Shown here in pieces: positions 24,751-39,175 of a stretch of 64,000 nt of DNA. Source of the stretch: Octopus sinensis (Eukaryota); contig NC_043005.1 of assembly GCF_006345805.1 (NCBI RefSeq), forward strand, positions 13,640,001 through 13,704,000, in the 5' to 3' direction. Under the pieces are notes generated by a model. It had not been told where the DNA came from. It did no database searches and was given only the letters and a program-made list of their open reading frames with translations. Each line of letters begins with the position of its first letter. Positions within the stretch are counted from its first letter, which is position 1. Both the position numbers and the translations under genes were made by a program.

Positions 24751-24847
24751 ATACACACAGACGGACACATGCAGTGGGACTGAATCCGGAGCCATGTGGT
24801 TGGGAAGCAAGCTTCTTACCACACAGCCACGCTGGTGCCTATATATA

Positions 24848-25172
24848 CGAGGCGTAGTTAAAAAGTATTCGACCTTGACTTTTGTAGCACAAAATAATAA
24901 GGCGTGGGCCAAATCTGCCGCGTCCTTCCTGAGCATGCACAACGTGAAGAATGTGTCGAGTGATTTTTGTTTTTGAGTCTAGATGACCGAGCGCGTTGCG
25001 TAAAGATATTGTATCAAATTCTGCCAAAACCTTGGTGATACGCAAGCCTAGACTATTGAGAAGATTCAGGTCTTTGGAGATGATGCTATGGGAAAAACAC
25101 AAATGAAGAAGTGGTACAACCAGTTCAAAGATGACTGCACCTCAGTCGATAGTGAGTCACGTTGTAGCAGAC
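24848..25172 (+). mobile_element. Mariner 5' fragment
   Basis: TA-CGAGG terminus. RYCIKFCQNLG...AMGKTQMKKWYNQFK...SESRCSR is a transposase HTH region. Confidence 0.75.
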
Positions 25173-25894
25173 TAAGGCTTTTAGTGATATTTTATATAAT
25201 TAAAAATGTTGAAGAAAATCTTCAAATATTTTGACGACCAAGAACCCTTTGCGAAAACTGTATATATACTGCACGTATATGAATGTGTGTGTGTGTGTGC
25301 TCATTGCTCCATCTTCACGGGCGATTTCTGTCTCCTTGTACTCCCTTGTTGTCAATGTATGGTTTGAAGCATAGGTGGCAGACGAAAGTTATGGACTGCA
25401 ACCATATTGGGAAAAATGTTTTGAAGGGTTTAGTTGATGAAATCGACACCAATATTTATTCTAAGACAGGACATACATACATACATACATACATACATGG
25501 TGGCTGCCCCCTCGTTATCGAGTATGGCCATTGCTCGAAGCTTAATCAGCGTTGTTATCGTGCAATGCCTGTGCAAGATGATTTTTTTAAAACTGAGGAA
25601 AGGCTGTTCACTGAGTCAATCCCACTCACTAAGCAACAGCAGCCATAATCCGAAAAGAAGAACAAGTCAACATCATTGGTAACCACTGAGCCGCAGTTTT
25701 TATGTCGGAGTTATCCCAGTTACCCGAGTTACCTTCTAGTAGGATGCTCTAACAAAGGCACGAAAAACATACATACATACATACATACATACATACATAC
25801 ATAATACATACATACATACATAATACACACATACACACATACATACATACATACATACATACATACATACATACATACATACATACATACATTA

Positions 25895-26265
25895 TTATTA
25901 TTATTATGGCTGCCCCCTCGTTATCGAGTATGGCCATTGCACGAAGCTTAACTGTTACTGGTGCTGTGATCGAATGTGACTTTTTAGCCCAGCCAAAGAT
26001 CTACAATGTCTTGTACAGAACTGGCAACTAAAACCTTTACCGGTAATAGCCGGCTGTAGTTGTAACTGGGCTTCATGTACCTTTGCATGTCGTTTAAGTC
26101 CTCCTGCCGAGTTACACTCTCTTTCACATGCCCGACAGATACGATTAGTATGGTGTGTTACACCATCACCAGTGGCCAGGTTGTCACTCATCTGTCTCGT
26201 TTTATGACTACGAAGATGACTCTTGAGTCCAGCTTTACTGAGGCAGGGTCTTGCACAGACATTGC
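25895..26265 (-). mobile_element. RTE-like LINE 3' end encoding three C2H2 fingers; related 3' tail at 25498-25550
   Basis: CNVCARPCLSKAGLKSHLRSH, CRACERECNSAGGLKRHAKVH, CQFCTRHCRSLAGLKSHIRSQH*, then a short UTR ending GAGGGGGCAGCC(ATA)n. Confidence 0.7.
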
Positions 26266-27012
26266 ATACATACATACATACATACATACATACATACATA
26301 CATACATACATACATACATACACACATACATAAACACACACATACGTACATACATACATACATACATACATACATACATACATACATACATACATACATA
26401 CATACATGTATATATGTCAGTATATTGATAGGTGTATGCAGTTATATATATACGACGAGCTTCCTGCAGTCAAAATATTAGTCGGCTCGGAGCTATAGTA
26501 GAAGATATTTATCCAAAGTGTTGCACAGTGGTACTGAACCTAAAAGCATGTGATTGCAACGCAACCAGAGATTTGGTTGACTTTGATTTCTATCACGTTT
26601 TGAAGCCATTTCATTCCACTTCTGTTGCTATCCACGTTTGGAAATGTCATAAACAGAACTATTTTCAATGTTGGAATATACAGGGCTTGGAGTCAAGACA
26701 GAAAGAAGGCAATTTTTAGTGGTTGTTAATGCTAAGTTTATTGATGTCAACACCCAGCTTGTACATGAAACAGTTTTAATTACCAATAAATCATTTCGTG
26801 AAAAACATTTTAGATACAATAATACAAACAGTAAACTATTAGAGTGAATGCGCTAGTTCATAAATCTTACGTTCGCTTTATACTTTGGTTGCATAGCTTT
26901 GTTAAATGTATTATATAGCTTCAGGATCGTATAGACGGTGGAGGCAATGGAAGCAAATTCCATCCCTCTATTACTGGTTTGTGTTCATAACATACCGATG
27001 CACACATTTCTT

Positions 27013-27047
<35 letters not shown>

Positions 27048-27342
27048 TTGGCTAGTAAATGTTAAAGAAATAGAGGAATCGATTCCATCATGGATAAACT
27101 CCCACAAAACCTGGGCTTGTGTACATTTTTATAACTAGCCGTCATTCTCGAGCGAGAAGATCATGGCTAGATAGCATGTACCACACTTTTCGATAATTAT
27201 TTTTTTGGTGCCTATATAGTCGTGATCATACATAGATACCCTTTCGACAGACATCTCACCCTGGAAGCAGCAGAACATCCATGATGTGACAGCTGGAAAG
27301 AGAGAAAGATAGAGATAGAGAGAGAGAGAGAGATAGATAGAT

Positions 27343-27376
<34 letters not shown>

Positions 27377-28950
27377 TTGCACCAGGACTTGGTTGATATT
27401 CAATCACAAGTGAGTAACTTGGAGAAAGGTGAAATGAAATGTCTTGCTCAACGAGTTGCCTTTTCTAGGCGTTGAACCCACGGCATTTTGGTCATGAACC
27501 GAACATCCTAACCACTACGTGATATGTCTTCACTCTGTCTAGTTTAAAGGAGTCTGTACAGCACACATTTGCTGCAAATTAAAACACCAGATTTATTGCT
27601 TATTGATATAAAAGTATATAGAAATGTGTAACAAGGTTGCACATTTTGAAAGAAGAGTGAAGTCAATTTAATCGACGCCAGGAATTAACAACTATTTTTT
27701 GATAATATACAATTGAAAATAGTCTGGTATCGAAATACCAAATGACTCTATATGACTGCTTCTACCATCCATTAGCTTTGCTTGATGTTATTCGTTAATT
27801 TATAGGTAACTTACTTTAAAAACCCAACACATAGATTGAATACATAGCATCCGATAGTCTGATCGATACAGTGGTATAGGGATATCTACTTAGGTTATTG
27901 ATAATAATTATTTCTACAAGTGTGGTAGACAGCCCAGGACATACTGACTCTTTCAAGCCTACTTCATCTAGAGTAAACCAGGAAAATAGCCTAAAGGTCT
28001 GAGTTTCGTATCCTGTGTGCATGGACAAAAGACTTTACTAGAAAATATCCATTTAACGCTATTATAAACAGAGAAAGGTCTAACTAAGATGGGCTCTTGC
28101 ATGGCTGTGTAATTAAGAATTTTACTTCGCAATTATTTTGCTTACGTTTCGACCCCACAGCAATGCATCTTGGGAAGTTTCATTGACTATGGCCTCCCAG
28201 TCAACCAAACCATTCTGAATGAAATTTTGTTCAAGCCCGTTTCTGGTTTTTAATTCGTCGTCAAATCAAATTCTACCACCTACCCATTAGGTGCCTTTAG
28301 AACAATCCACTCTGATACAAATGTTCAAGCCACGTTTCCAATTTGAGAATAATTTCACCACTACTTTCCATTAGCTTTGGGGACTCTAAGAAAGGATCCT
28401 GAAAAAAGGATTACAATTGCCACCTGTCTTTCTTTTGTAGTCAAGTGATTAATGAAAATACTTCTGATACTTTTGTATTTTGCTATATAAAATTCAACAG
28501 GAATAGAGAGAGAGAACTCGTACCTCCGTTCCAGATGTTGATAACGGAGGGCAATCCACTAAAGACAAAAAGGGAGATTCTTCAATGTCGTTTGATCTGC
28601 TTGAAATAATAACATCTTTCTCCACTAAAAATTAGCACCCTATAGTCTAAAAAAAGGTTGGGCAATTTTGATTATGTTGTCCTAGATACGAGACATTTTA
28701 GGGAATAAATAACGTAATCCGCCCGAAAGCAAATACAAAATGTTAACATAAAGGATCTGACGTGTATACAAACAATATTATTTTTTTAAAAATAGCTGAG
28801 TGCATAATAATAAAAATTTTAGATAAAAGACATGCAAAATTTTAGATAATAGACATGTCTTTTATTTAAAAAGGTCCAATGAAACAAATCCATTTTTAAA
28901 GGTGTATCCTTTAGCTAGTTTTGATCAACTCCTACGCCTATAATATATAT

Positions 28951-28997
<47 letters not shown>

Positions 28998-29241
28998 TAT
29001 ATATACAGACACAAAACATATGCATATATTATATACACTTTTATATACACATGTATACGTAATTTTATTTGGCGAACGTTCGTTACGCACAGTCGCACTT
29101 CTTTCTGTTTTCCTTTCTTTCGTTAATATAAACGAATAAAAGAGAGATATAAATATGTAAATATAAATAAAAAATATATAAATAAAAAAAATATATAATA
29201 TATATACATATATATATATATAAATAGCCATGCATATATAT

Positions 29242-29287
<46 letters not shown>

Positions 29288-29347
29288 GGGACCCCCTTTG
29301 GTCACGACACTGACCACGGGATTGCACCTAGAAAGTTACTCTCCTAG

Positions 29348-29392
<45 letters not shown>

Positions 29393-29606
29393 ATATATAT
29401 ATATTAATTCAAACCGTTTTCGTCATAATGTGACTTTTCAAGTATATATTTATATATTTTATCAATTTTTCAAAAACTTTTTCATACACCCATTCTCATT
29501 AAAATTTTCTTTCAATTTAACATTCTGCATTTTTACAATTTTTCCTTGCTCATCATTTCTCCACGTACGATCAACACAACCCTACCATTTATTGATATAT
29601 ATATAT

Positions 29607-29663
<57 letters not shown>

Positions 29664-29949
29664 TATATATACATATATATATATAAATATATATACATAT
29701 ATATATTTATAAAGACATATATATATAAATATATAAATATATATAAACAAAATATAAAGTTATATCTTGAGATCGTTAGTGACAACAACGCTCAAGATAT
29801 ATAACAGTCTGGAATAGTAGAGCTCAAATGAGCTGTATATCTGTTCTATAGATATAAATGAATATATGAATATATGTATGTGTTTGATCTTTCTGGAGAT
29901 TTTGTAATGTTCCTTTAGTTGCTGCTAGCATTGCCTCCCCTCGGATAAA

Positions 29950-31805
29950 AAAAGGTATATATATATAAATATATAGGTGAGAAAGTTGGTGTGTGAAAGC
30001 ACATGGTTGGATATATAGAAAGTAGTAAAAAGTGAAAAAACTACAAAAGGCTTGTTTTATAAGGTTAAAGAATATATTTGAGTCATTATGTCAGAAGAAT
30101 GTTATAAATTTTTTCATACAGTAACATAGTTTTTGAAGAAATTACCGGTTTCGTGTTAACTTTTCAAATTTCTCAAGTGTCTTTACCTACATCGTGTTAT
30201 GTCTTCGTTATGAAGTGCAAAGAAGAGTTCCAGGTAGGGGGAGGTAATAAGCGATTTCTTCAGGTATAAGGGAGATAATCGCTTTATATTTCTTTTCCCT
30301 TTATTTAATGGAGTGTTTCTCTGTATAAGAATGTTAGGGGGTGTTAAGTTTGGTTTTATATTTTTCAATGAAGAATGTTTCCTTTTTTAATCTAATTTGT
30401 GTTGGTGTTCCAATAGCACATTGATAGAATGGAAAGATTAAAAATTGTGGTAGTAGTTGTTTTGCGCATTTCTCAATATGCTCACTAAAGGGTATCATTC
30501 TATATTCTGGGAATGCAATCTGTTGTCGATGCAGAGTGCATCTACGTCTGAGTGATAGTCCTGTGGACTCCACGTAGTTTTAGTGGCAGCCCGAGCACCT
30601 TATGGCATAAATTATGTTTTCAGAAGCACAAGTAAAATTAGATTTGATCTTGAATTTTTGTCCCTCTTTGAAAAGGAATTCTGATCCTTCTAGAAGGTTT
30701 GGGCATGTTGCGCAGTTTGGTCTACCAAATTTTTTTACTCTTGCATCCGTAGTTTCAGAAAACAATTTTGCCTTTGTGAGAATCTTTTTAAGTGATTTAG
30801 GTTGTTTGTAGCTTTTAATGATTTTATGTATGTTTAGAATTTCCTTTAATTTGGGGTCCTTATGAAGTTTGGTAAATTCTGGGTGATGATGGTGAAGGCT
30901 TCTTTGTTTCTGGGGTTGTATGTGGATATGTAAGGCAGTATTTTCGGGGAAGGTGTGTTGTTGTGTTGAACTTTTCTCAAAGTTTCTATGTCGATTTCTG
31001 TTGCACGTCTGATCCCATCCTCTATGAGTTGAGCTGGGTAGTGTCTGTCAATTAGGGTGTTTTTGAGTTCTTGTAGTCTAAAGTTCCTGGTATTTTGTTC
31101 TGACACTATTGTGCATATCCTTCTTGCAAGGTTGAAAGGGATGTTTGTTCTAGTGTGTCTTGGGTGGCATGAATCAAAAAGTAGGTATTGTTTAGCGTCT
31201 GTGGCTTTGTAAAAAATGTCTGTTTCTATTTTAAGGTTAATTTTTTAAATTAGTATATCTAAGAATGGAAGCTCCTTTTGGTTGTGTTCCATTGTGAACT
31301 GTATATTTGGGTTGATGCTGTTCAATAGGTTTTTGAATTTTAGTTTATTATCTGTGTTTTCATTCCAGAGTATAAAACAATCGTCCAGGAATCTTTTCCA
31401 ATTCTCTTTTATGTATTGAGAGAGGGGGTTTCCAAAGGTCGATAAAGATTCCTGGTATACAATTATTTCCAGGTAGTCCATTGTTAGGTTCGCAATGACT
31501 GGTGCTGCCCTTGTACCCATAGCAATTCCGGATTTTTGACGGTAAAATGTATTGTCAAACATGAAGTGGTTATTATGTAGGATGAATTCAACCGATTTAG
31601 TAATGAATTCTTTACTGATCCTTTTTGGTATTTCTTCCGGAAATTGGTCCAGCCAGAACTGTATTGCCTCTAGTCCATAATTATGAGGTATACTGGTATA
31701 TAAATTAACTACATCAAATGAAATCATGATTGTTTCTTCCTTGACTTTTTTTGGAAGGTGGTTTAACATATCCAAGTCATCTCTGATATGACTATCGATA
31801 TGTTG
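29950..31805 (-). mobile_element. Penelope-like element, 5'-truncated (RT + GIY-YIG)
   Basis: SFDVVNLYTSI...QKSGIAMGT...WKRFLDDCF...LPFLDI; CATC; NIIYAIRCSGCH*NYVEST. Frameshifts and stops present. Confidence 0.93.
30137..30173 (-). ncRNA. Minimal hammerhead, U3-A8 variant, 3' of the PLE ORF
   Basis: AGAAAT-TTGAAAA-GTtaacAC-GAAAC-CG-GTA-ATTTCT. 6-bp stem I and palindromic stem III ACCGGT. Confidence 0.7.
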
Positions 31806-31859
31806 GATATATATAAATATATATATATCTATATATATATATAATATATATATATTGAT

Positions 31860-33140
31860 TGATGATAACGGCATTCTCCAACAGGTTCGAACTCTGATGT
31901 CATATATCTTGACTTCAGTAAAACGTCGACAGGGTCACCATAATATCCTACTCTCAAAATTGGCAAATGTTGGAATCCGTGGAAAAGTCTACACTGGATT
32001 AATTATTTCCTGGCGAATAGAACACATGTTGTAGTGACGGAGTCCACTCAAGCCCACAAAGTCACCAGCGGTGTCCCCCAGGGGACTTTGTCTTGGGCCC
32101 GCTACTCTTTATAATTTACATAAACACCTTCCAGTGTCGTACATTACTAACTGCAATTGAAAATATATGTGCTGATGACACCAAGCTCCAGCAAATCGTC
32201 AATGAAGAAGCAGACCGAACTCAACTCCAGTCTGATCTATATGCTGTGAGTCAATGGGCAGACAGAAACAAAATGCAACTGAATGAGGAAAATTTGAGCT
32301 GATGCATTTTGGAAGAATTCCTCCTCTAAAACAGCCATACTCTCTTCCTTCAGGGGAACCGCTCACAGCCTCTAACAATATCAGAGACCTGGGTGTAATT
32401 GTTGATGACGATCTCAGTTGGAGTGTACACATCAACAAGAAGGTCGATATAGCTCGTAGGATGAGTTTCTGGATCTTAAGAACTTTCCGGTCCAGAGAAC
32501 AAGGTGTCATCATACCACTTTTCTCCTCCTTTGTACGGCCACACCTCGAATACTGCTGCCCACTGTGGTCTCCCCATATAAGACAAAACATCTCGAGGAT
32601 TGAATCACCCTAGAGGGCACTCACTAAACGAATTGAAGGCATGGCTGCTCTCGATTATTGGGACCGCCTTAAAGCCTTGAAACTCTACACTCTCCAGCGT
32701 CGCCGTAAGCGGTACATCATTTGTACGATGTGGAGAATATACCGCCAACTTTGCCCAAACGACCTGAACATTAGCTTTAAGGTTCATCCAAGACTGGGAC
32801 CACGGACCATAAGTCACCTGCCCAATTCAAGATCACAGCATACATGTACACTGCAACATAATTTCTTTTCCTCAACAGGCCCTGCCCTATTTAACATTGT
32901 CCCGAAAGAGATCAAAGAGGAAAAGGATCCCATCAACTTTAAACGGAGTCTGGATAGATTCCTTCAAGTAATACCAGATAAGTCACCCATAATTGGATAC
33001 AACTCACCCAACAAAAACTCACTACTTTAATGAACCATAACAAAACTTGACTTAAACAGGATTCAGATAATCCTATCAGGTGGTGCTATTAAGTCAGACA
33101 TGGCCTGGACCAATCTTTGGTCGAAACATATCTAAGTTTT
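31860..33140 (+). mobile_element. CR1-type LINE RT, 3' portion
   Basis: DVIYLDFSK; SGVPQG..LGPLLFIIYIN; CADDTK; IRDLGV; VRPHLEYCCPLWSP. Frameshifted. Confidence 0.92.
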
Positions 33141-33599
33141 AAATATATATATATGTGTGTGTGTGTGCGTGTGTGTGTATGTGTGTGTGTATGTGTGTGT
33201 GTGTGTGTATGTGTGTGTGGCGTGTGGTGTGTATAATTATATATATATGTCTTTATAAAATATAATGTAATAATATATATATATATAATTATATATATAT
33301 ATAAAACCTTTACATAAATAAATAACGTGAAATACACGAAGGGACGAACAAAAAGACAAACGGGTCATTCAAAGCCTTCATTCTTCAGTCAGAAACTGAT
33401 CCCTCATCGCAGATTTCGGCTGTTTAATTCTGAGATCCGCTCTGAATCAGCCAGCCACAGAAGGAAAGAATGAAACGCAACAGAGACGAACATGAAACGA
33501 AAAATCTTTTTTGGGGACAGTAACGGTTAAAAACATGGATGACACAGGTGCCCTACGGCTTTGAGACAAACAGAGACACAAAAACGATATCAACAGCGT

Positions 33600-34350
33600 G
33601 GAATATATATGTATATATATTTATATATATATATAAATAAAAACATTCCACATCACTAGCCAGCTACATACACTATCTAATTAATAGAAAAATACAATAT
33701 AGTTTATCCTGGGCTATAATAGATTCTGGCATCCCATATCAGGGCCAGTGCTCCACTTGTGTATTCTGCCTAAAAGAAGCCCTCAAAATTTTAACCATAA
33801 CTCACCATGATTGTTTAACAAATACAACGAAGCCTTCACAGCGTGTAAACACAAATTCTTCCGCACTTTTAAATTCTTCCATAGATCCAAATGTAAACTT
33901 ACCCCCACACGTAACACTCACACATATACCTCCATGATCGTTAATAATACCCTTGTATATCTCTTCTATCTACTTAAGTACCTTACAAGACAACTGTTAA
34001 TTCTTTAATTTATTTTTAAACTTTAACCTATTAAATCTCCTAATATTTAGCTGTAAATCTTATTCCTAGATAATTTAACATTCCATTGGTTTCTCCATTC
34101 ACGACTACTTATCCCCACACTCGTATCCCCATAGCTAAAAACATTTCTACAGCCACTGACCTTAGCCATAAAACGGACACAAACACTTACTACTAGATTT
34201 CCTCCCCAAGCCTAATAACTAGAAGAATAGCACTGGCACCTACTATTCTCTTTGAATCCCTCTCATCTTACTCTATTTTGTTTTTTACGTTATCACTCTA
34301 TCTTTTCCTCTCTCCTTATTTACCCTCAACCATGTAGTTTGAAAGAAAGC
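33600..34350 (+). mobile_element. PLE 3' fragment (end of GIY-YIG and UTR)
   Basis: C-terminal CLKEALKI...FNKYNEAFTACKHKF pattern. Similar to 18450-19200. Confidence 0.55.
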
Positions 34351-34401
34351 TTCTTACCCCATAACCACTCCTGCGCCTATATATATATATATATATATAT
34401 A

Positions 34402-34541
34402 TACTTTATTTGAAGCAGCAGAAAATTCAACAAAACCTGTTACTCTGAGTTTCCGTTGCCGTTCGTCGGACAGGACGAACGGCAACGGAAACTCAGAGTA
34501 ACAGGTTTGTTGAATTTTCTGCTGCTTTAAATAAAGCATAT
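34402..34541. repeat. Near-perfect palindrome (~65-bp arms)
   Basis: ...GCAGCAGAAAATTCAACAAAACCTGTTACTCTGAGTTTCCGTTGCCGTTCGTC ggacag GACGAACGGCAACGGAAACTCAGAGTAACAGGTTTGTTGAATTTTCTGCTGC... Confidence 0.92.
34437..34473 (-). ncRNA. Minimal hammerhead-like motif, U4C variant
   Basis: CTGT-CCGACGA-a-CG GCAA CG-GAAAC-TCaGA-GTA-ACAG. Confidence 0.6.
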
Positions 34542-34604
34542 TACTCTACCACTGGTATTTGAGTACTCTTTTTCCACCTTGTTTCACATTTATGTGTTTA
34601 CTCC

Positions 34605-34646
<42 letters not shown>

Positions 34647-34710
34647 AAGTATTCATTTATAAAAATATGGTAAAGTAAAAAAAATCACTTTACCACACAC
34701 CGAACTTTTC

Positions 34711-34742
<32 letters not shown>

Positions 34743-35086
34743 ATATGTATATCTGTCTGTGTGTGTGTGAATAATTCGGAAGGAGATATCACATGGTGGT
34801 AAATATAAAATAAGATTTTAGGGGGAAAAGCACAGAAATCTTGTTTGTGTAGATAAAGATTATTTAATCTATTACAATACGTAGACTGATTTCGTTTCGT
34901 TAATCATGACTATTCATTTATTTTTTGTTCAACGTGTTGACTGATATTTTAGGCATCTTTTCCCAAAGCTCTATTCTTTTACTAACCTGCAGAACTAGAT
35001 CACCGAAGACACACGACAGCTGCATTTTATCCGCATTGTTGCTAGCGATGTCAAGCAATTATGGCGGGGTAACAAACACGGCATAT

Positions 35087-35238
<152 letters not shown>

Positions 35239-36514
35239 ATGTATGTATGTATATATGTGTGTGTATGTATGTATGTATATATATAAGGAAAATAAGTCAA
35301 GGTAGAAAATGCTAAAATAATAATTTTATAATGAAAAACATTTTAGTCCCGTTTCAGTTATTGAGATTTTTCAAAGTATGGAAAACAATTAAATTGTGGA
35401 AAAATTAAATAAAAAGTTTTTTTTTAATATTTCTATAGTATTCAAATATAAGGAGCATTTTCCTTGTTTCTGCCTGTCTCTGTCTCTTTTTTTTTTTACT
35501 CTTGTGGGTTCGAGGTAGTTATGAATGACAGGCTTCTTTCAATTTCCGTCTACCAAATCCACTCACAAGCCTTTAGTCGGCCCTAGGCTATAGCAGAAGA
35601 CGTTTGCCCAAGGTGCTGTGCAGTGGGACTGAACCTGGAACCGGGAAGCAAGCTTCTTACCACACAGTCGTTCCTGCGCCTTTATTTGTAAAAATAATAA
35701 TTATATATGGCATACATTGCTTGAAAGCACATGGTATATATATATATATACCCGTTGCTGTTCATCGGACAATGCTTTTTGACTCTCTCCTCTTAAGAGT
35801 TTGTGTTTAATGGCGGCTGTAATTATGTTGTTACGGCATTTTTATACTTTATTAAAAAAAATTACAGACAAGCATAAGACAAAACTACAAAATTAAATAG
35901 AGAGGCTGTTATTAATGAAAGCGATATGCAATGAAAGGAACTCAAAAGAATAAATTAATAAAACACTATTTTAAAAGTCAGGAACGCTTGTATTGACCAG
36001 TTTAAATACATCAAAGTTAACTAAGAGACTGAACACCTAAGGCAACTTAAGTAATGATTATTTAAAATAAGTTAACCCAATTAGATACATATCTCTTACT
36101 GATGTTGCAGTTACGAATAGCATAACTGTTCTCTATTCCCTTTCACGTACTTATATTCTAAGGTACAGACAAATGTGGACATAAACATACTCAAATATAT
36201 ACAGGGTGCGGACGGTGTTTGAGGACAGATTTATGGTTTAAAAAGAACGCTTATATAATAACAGAAGAAAATATTTTTATACAAATAACATAAACATAAA
36301 GCTAAGTTATCAATTTAATAATTTCATTCAATAAAACCACCATAAGCATGTATAACTGACTCTATGTGGGGTCAAAATCGTTTACAAGCTCGGATTAAGT
36401 GGTCCTTGTTCATATCGGACGTGACTCGAACTATGGCGGGTTTCAAAGACTCTTTGGTGCTATAGGGGTGTTCATTGACATTTTTCTCAACGATGCACCA
36501 TACATAGTCCGGGA

Positions 36515-36853
36515 TCCGGGACCCCCTTCGGTCACGACACTGACCATGGGATTGCACCTAGAAAGTTACCCTCCTAGTCACAAGTCTGGGCATGGTTGTT
36601 TATGGAAGACCAGCAGTCGCCCATGCTTACCGGCCTCCCCTCTCCACACCACTAATGTTATCCAAGGGAAAGGCAAAGGCCGATACAGCTTGGCACTCGT
36701 GACGTCGCAACTCATTTCTACAGCTGAGTGAACTGGAGCAACGCGAAATAAAGTGTCTTGCTCAAGAACACAACACGCAGCCCGGTCCGGGATTCGAGCT
36801 CACAACCTCACGATCGCAAGCTCGACGCTCTAACCACTGAGCCATGCGCCTTC
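36515..36853 (-). mobile_element. tRNA-derived SINE family C (cephalopod OR-type)
   Basis: Head GGCGCATGGCTCAGTGGTTAGAGCG...AGCTCGAATCCCGGACCGGGC. Flanked by ACATAGT duplicates. Confidence 0.8.
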
Positions 36854-37307
36854 ACATAGTAGTCCAGTGAATTGTGGATTGAGATTTGGAGAATTAGGAG
36901 GCCAAATGTTGGGAGTGATGAGATTATGCAAATTGTCGGCCATCCATTCTTGTGTTATTTGAGCCTTGTGTGATGGTGCAGTATCTTGCGAAAAGACATA
37001 AGTCCTTCCATTGCATACACTGTTGATCCAAGGCTTAACAAATTTATCCAGAACCTCAACATACGCAGCAGCATTCATCCTAAGGACTTGTGGAAATAAG
37101 TGAGGAGGCATCATCACCTGTCTTTCGTTGCTAACAACACCCAAAACCATGACACTTGCAAGAAATGTTGATTGCCTTGCTCTTGGAACCTCAGAGGGGT
37201 CTGCACATTGCCACTTGTCGTTTCCTCTGTTTTTTGGCCCTGGTCAAAGTTTTTCTCATCTGAGAAAAACCAAATCACACCATCTACTGATGGATTTTAA
37301 AGTTTCT

Positions 37308-37703
37308 AGCTTGTTTACCAACCGCATGGTTCCGGGTTCAGTCCCACTGCGTGGCACCTTGGGCAAGTGGCTTCTATTATAACCTCGGGCCGACCAAAGC
37401 CTTGTGAGTGGATTTGGTAGACAGAAACTGAAAGAAGCCTGTCGTATATATGTATATATATGTATATGTATGTGTGTGTTTGTGTGTCTGTGTTTGTCCC
37501 CCTAGCATTGCTTGACAACCGATGCTGGTGTGTTTACGTCCCCGTTACTTAGCGGTTCGGCAAAAGAGATCGATAGAACAAGTACTGGGCTTACAAAAGA
37601 ATAAGTCCCCGGGTCGATTTGCTCGACTAAAGGCGGTGCTCCAGCATGGCCGCAGTCAAATGACTGAAACAAGTAAAAGAGTAAAAGAGTAAAAGAGTAA
37701 GAG
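37308..37703 (+). mobile_element. SINE family A
   Basis: Family consensus match, inserted in the maT element. Confidence 0.9.
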
Positions 37704-38200
37704 TATTAAACAAGTTTTCTTATTGTTTTTTTTTCTGACATGAATTGACCTCTCATCACGTAAGATTTGTATCTGTTGACTTCATGCACAAAGTTTCTGA
37801 TTGATTTTTTTTTCTGACACGAAATTTTTTGGAATTGACCTCATTGATTTTCCTGGATTGTCTTCAATGTTTTGCTTAACTTCCTGAATAAATCCAGGTG
37901 TCCTGATAGAATCAGAGCGTTTGAAATGTTTTTTTACGTTTTGATACGGGTAATACGCTTCCATCGTTCTCTAATTCACACCGAATCTTGTGGACAAAAA
38001 ATCATGCAACTTTCAGAAAACAAGAAATTTCTAAATGACCATGCTTTGCCTTCAAAGTCACGATCATAGCACACCTTTTCCTTTCCCTGGTGCCTGTCAT
38101 TGTGACTTTCAGAAACAGAAATTCAATAAAAATTAGTCAAATAAAATATGCCTGTCCTCAAATACCGTCCAACCCTGCATATATGTACGTATATATATAT

Positions 38201-38259
<59 letters not shown>

Positions 38260-38302
38260 CTATATATATACATACATACATATATATATATATATAATCT
38301 AC

Positions 38303-38336
<34 letters not shown>

Positions 38337-38348
38337 TTATACATACAT

Positions 38349-38420
<72 letters not shown>

Positions 38421-38503
38421 GGTCCCGGGTTGATTCGGGGTTAACCACAGTAACTAAGGTACTCAATACATAGCAGAGTAAAATTAATTTATTATATAGA
38501 AGG

Positions 38504-38554
38504 AGCTTCTACAGGACTAGAACTGTTTCATTCAAGAGAAATCTTCAGGAAGCT
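38504..38554 (-). ncRNA. Type I hammerhead ribozyme motif
   Basis: AGCTTC-CTGAAGA-tTTC tctt GAAt-GAA-ACAG ttctagtc CTGT-A-GAAGCT. Canonical core, 6-bp stem I, 4-bp stem III and a GUA cleavage site. Confidence 0.75.
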
Positions 38555-38909
38555 AGTTAACAAGAATTGTATTGACATTTATACATTTAGGCAGGTTTAT
38601 AGGGGTGGTGGTGGGGGACTTTTTGGGGGTAGGCATAGCGCAGAAAAATCATACTTGGGGGAGTGGTCAAGGAGTCAGTGGTAAATTAGATAGAAGAATA
38701 AATAAAAGAATAAAAAAAGAATAAAAAATAAAAAAATATATAGAAGAATAGAGTTTCAAGAATAGAGTTAAGGAAATTCTCACTTATACCTATACACATA
38801 TGTATACATATATACACACACACACACACACATATATACATACACACATACATACACACCCATATATATATATATATATACACACATACATATACATACA
38901 TATATCTAC

Positions 38910-38951
<42 letters not shown>

Positions 38952-39143
38952 CATACATACACATATACATGCATATACATATACACACACACATGTAATA
39001 TACACACCACGTCCACACATACACATACACACAAAAAAATATACATACACACACATACACATACACACATACACACACATATCCACATACACACATGCAC
39101 ACACAACACACAAGTCCTATATACTCATATAACATATAACACA

Positions 39144-39175
<32 letters not shown>

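Larger units (their letters stand above)
36202..38177 (-). mobile_element. Tc1/mariner superfamily element (maT/DD37D-like), interrupted by two SINEs
   Basis: TIRs CAGGGTGCGGACGGTGTTTGAGGACAG / CTGTCCTCAAATACCGTCCAACCCTG. Remnants VMVLGVVS, FSQDTAPSH, WPPNSPNLNP..DY.VW. Confidence 0.88.
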
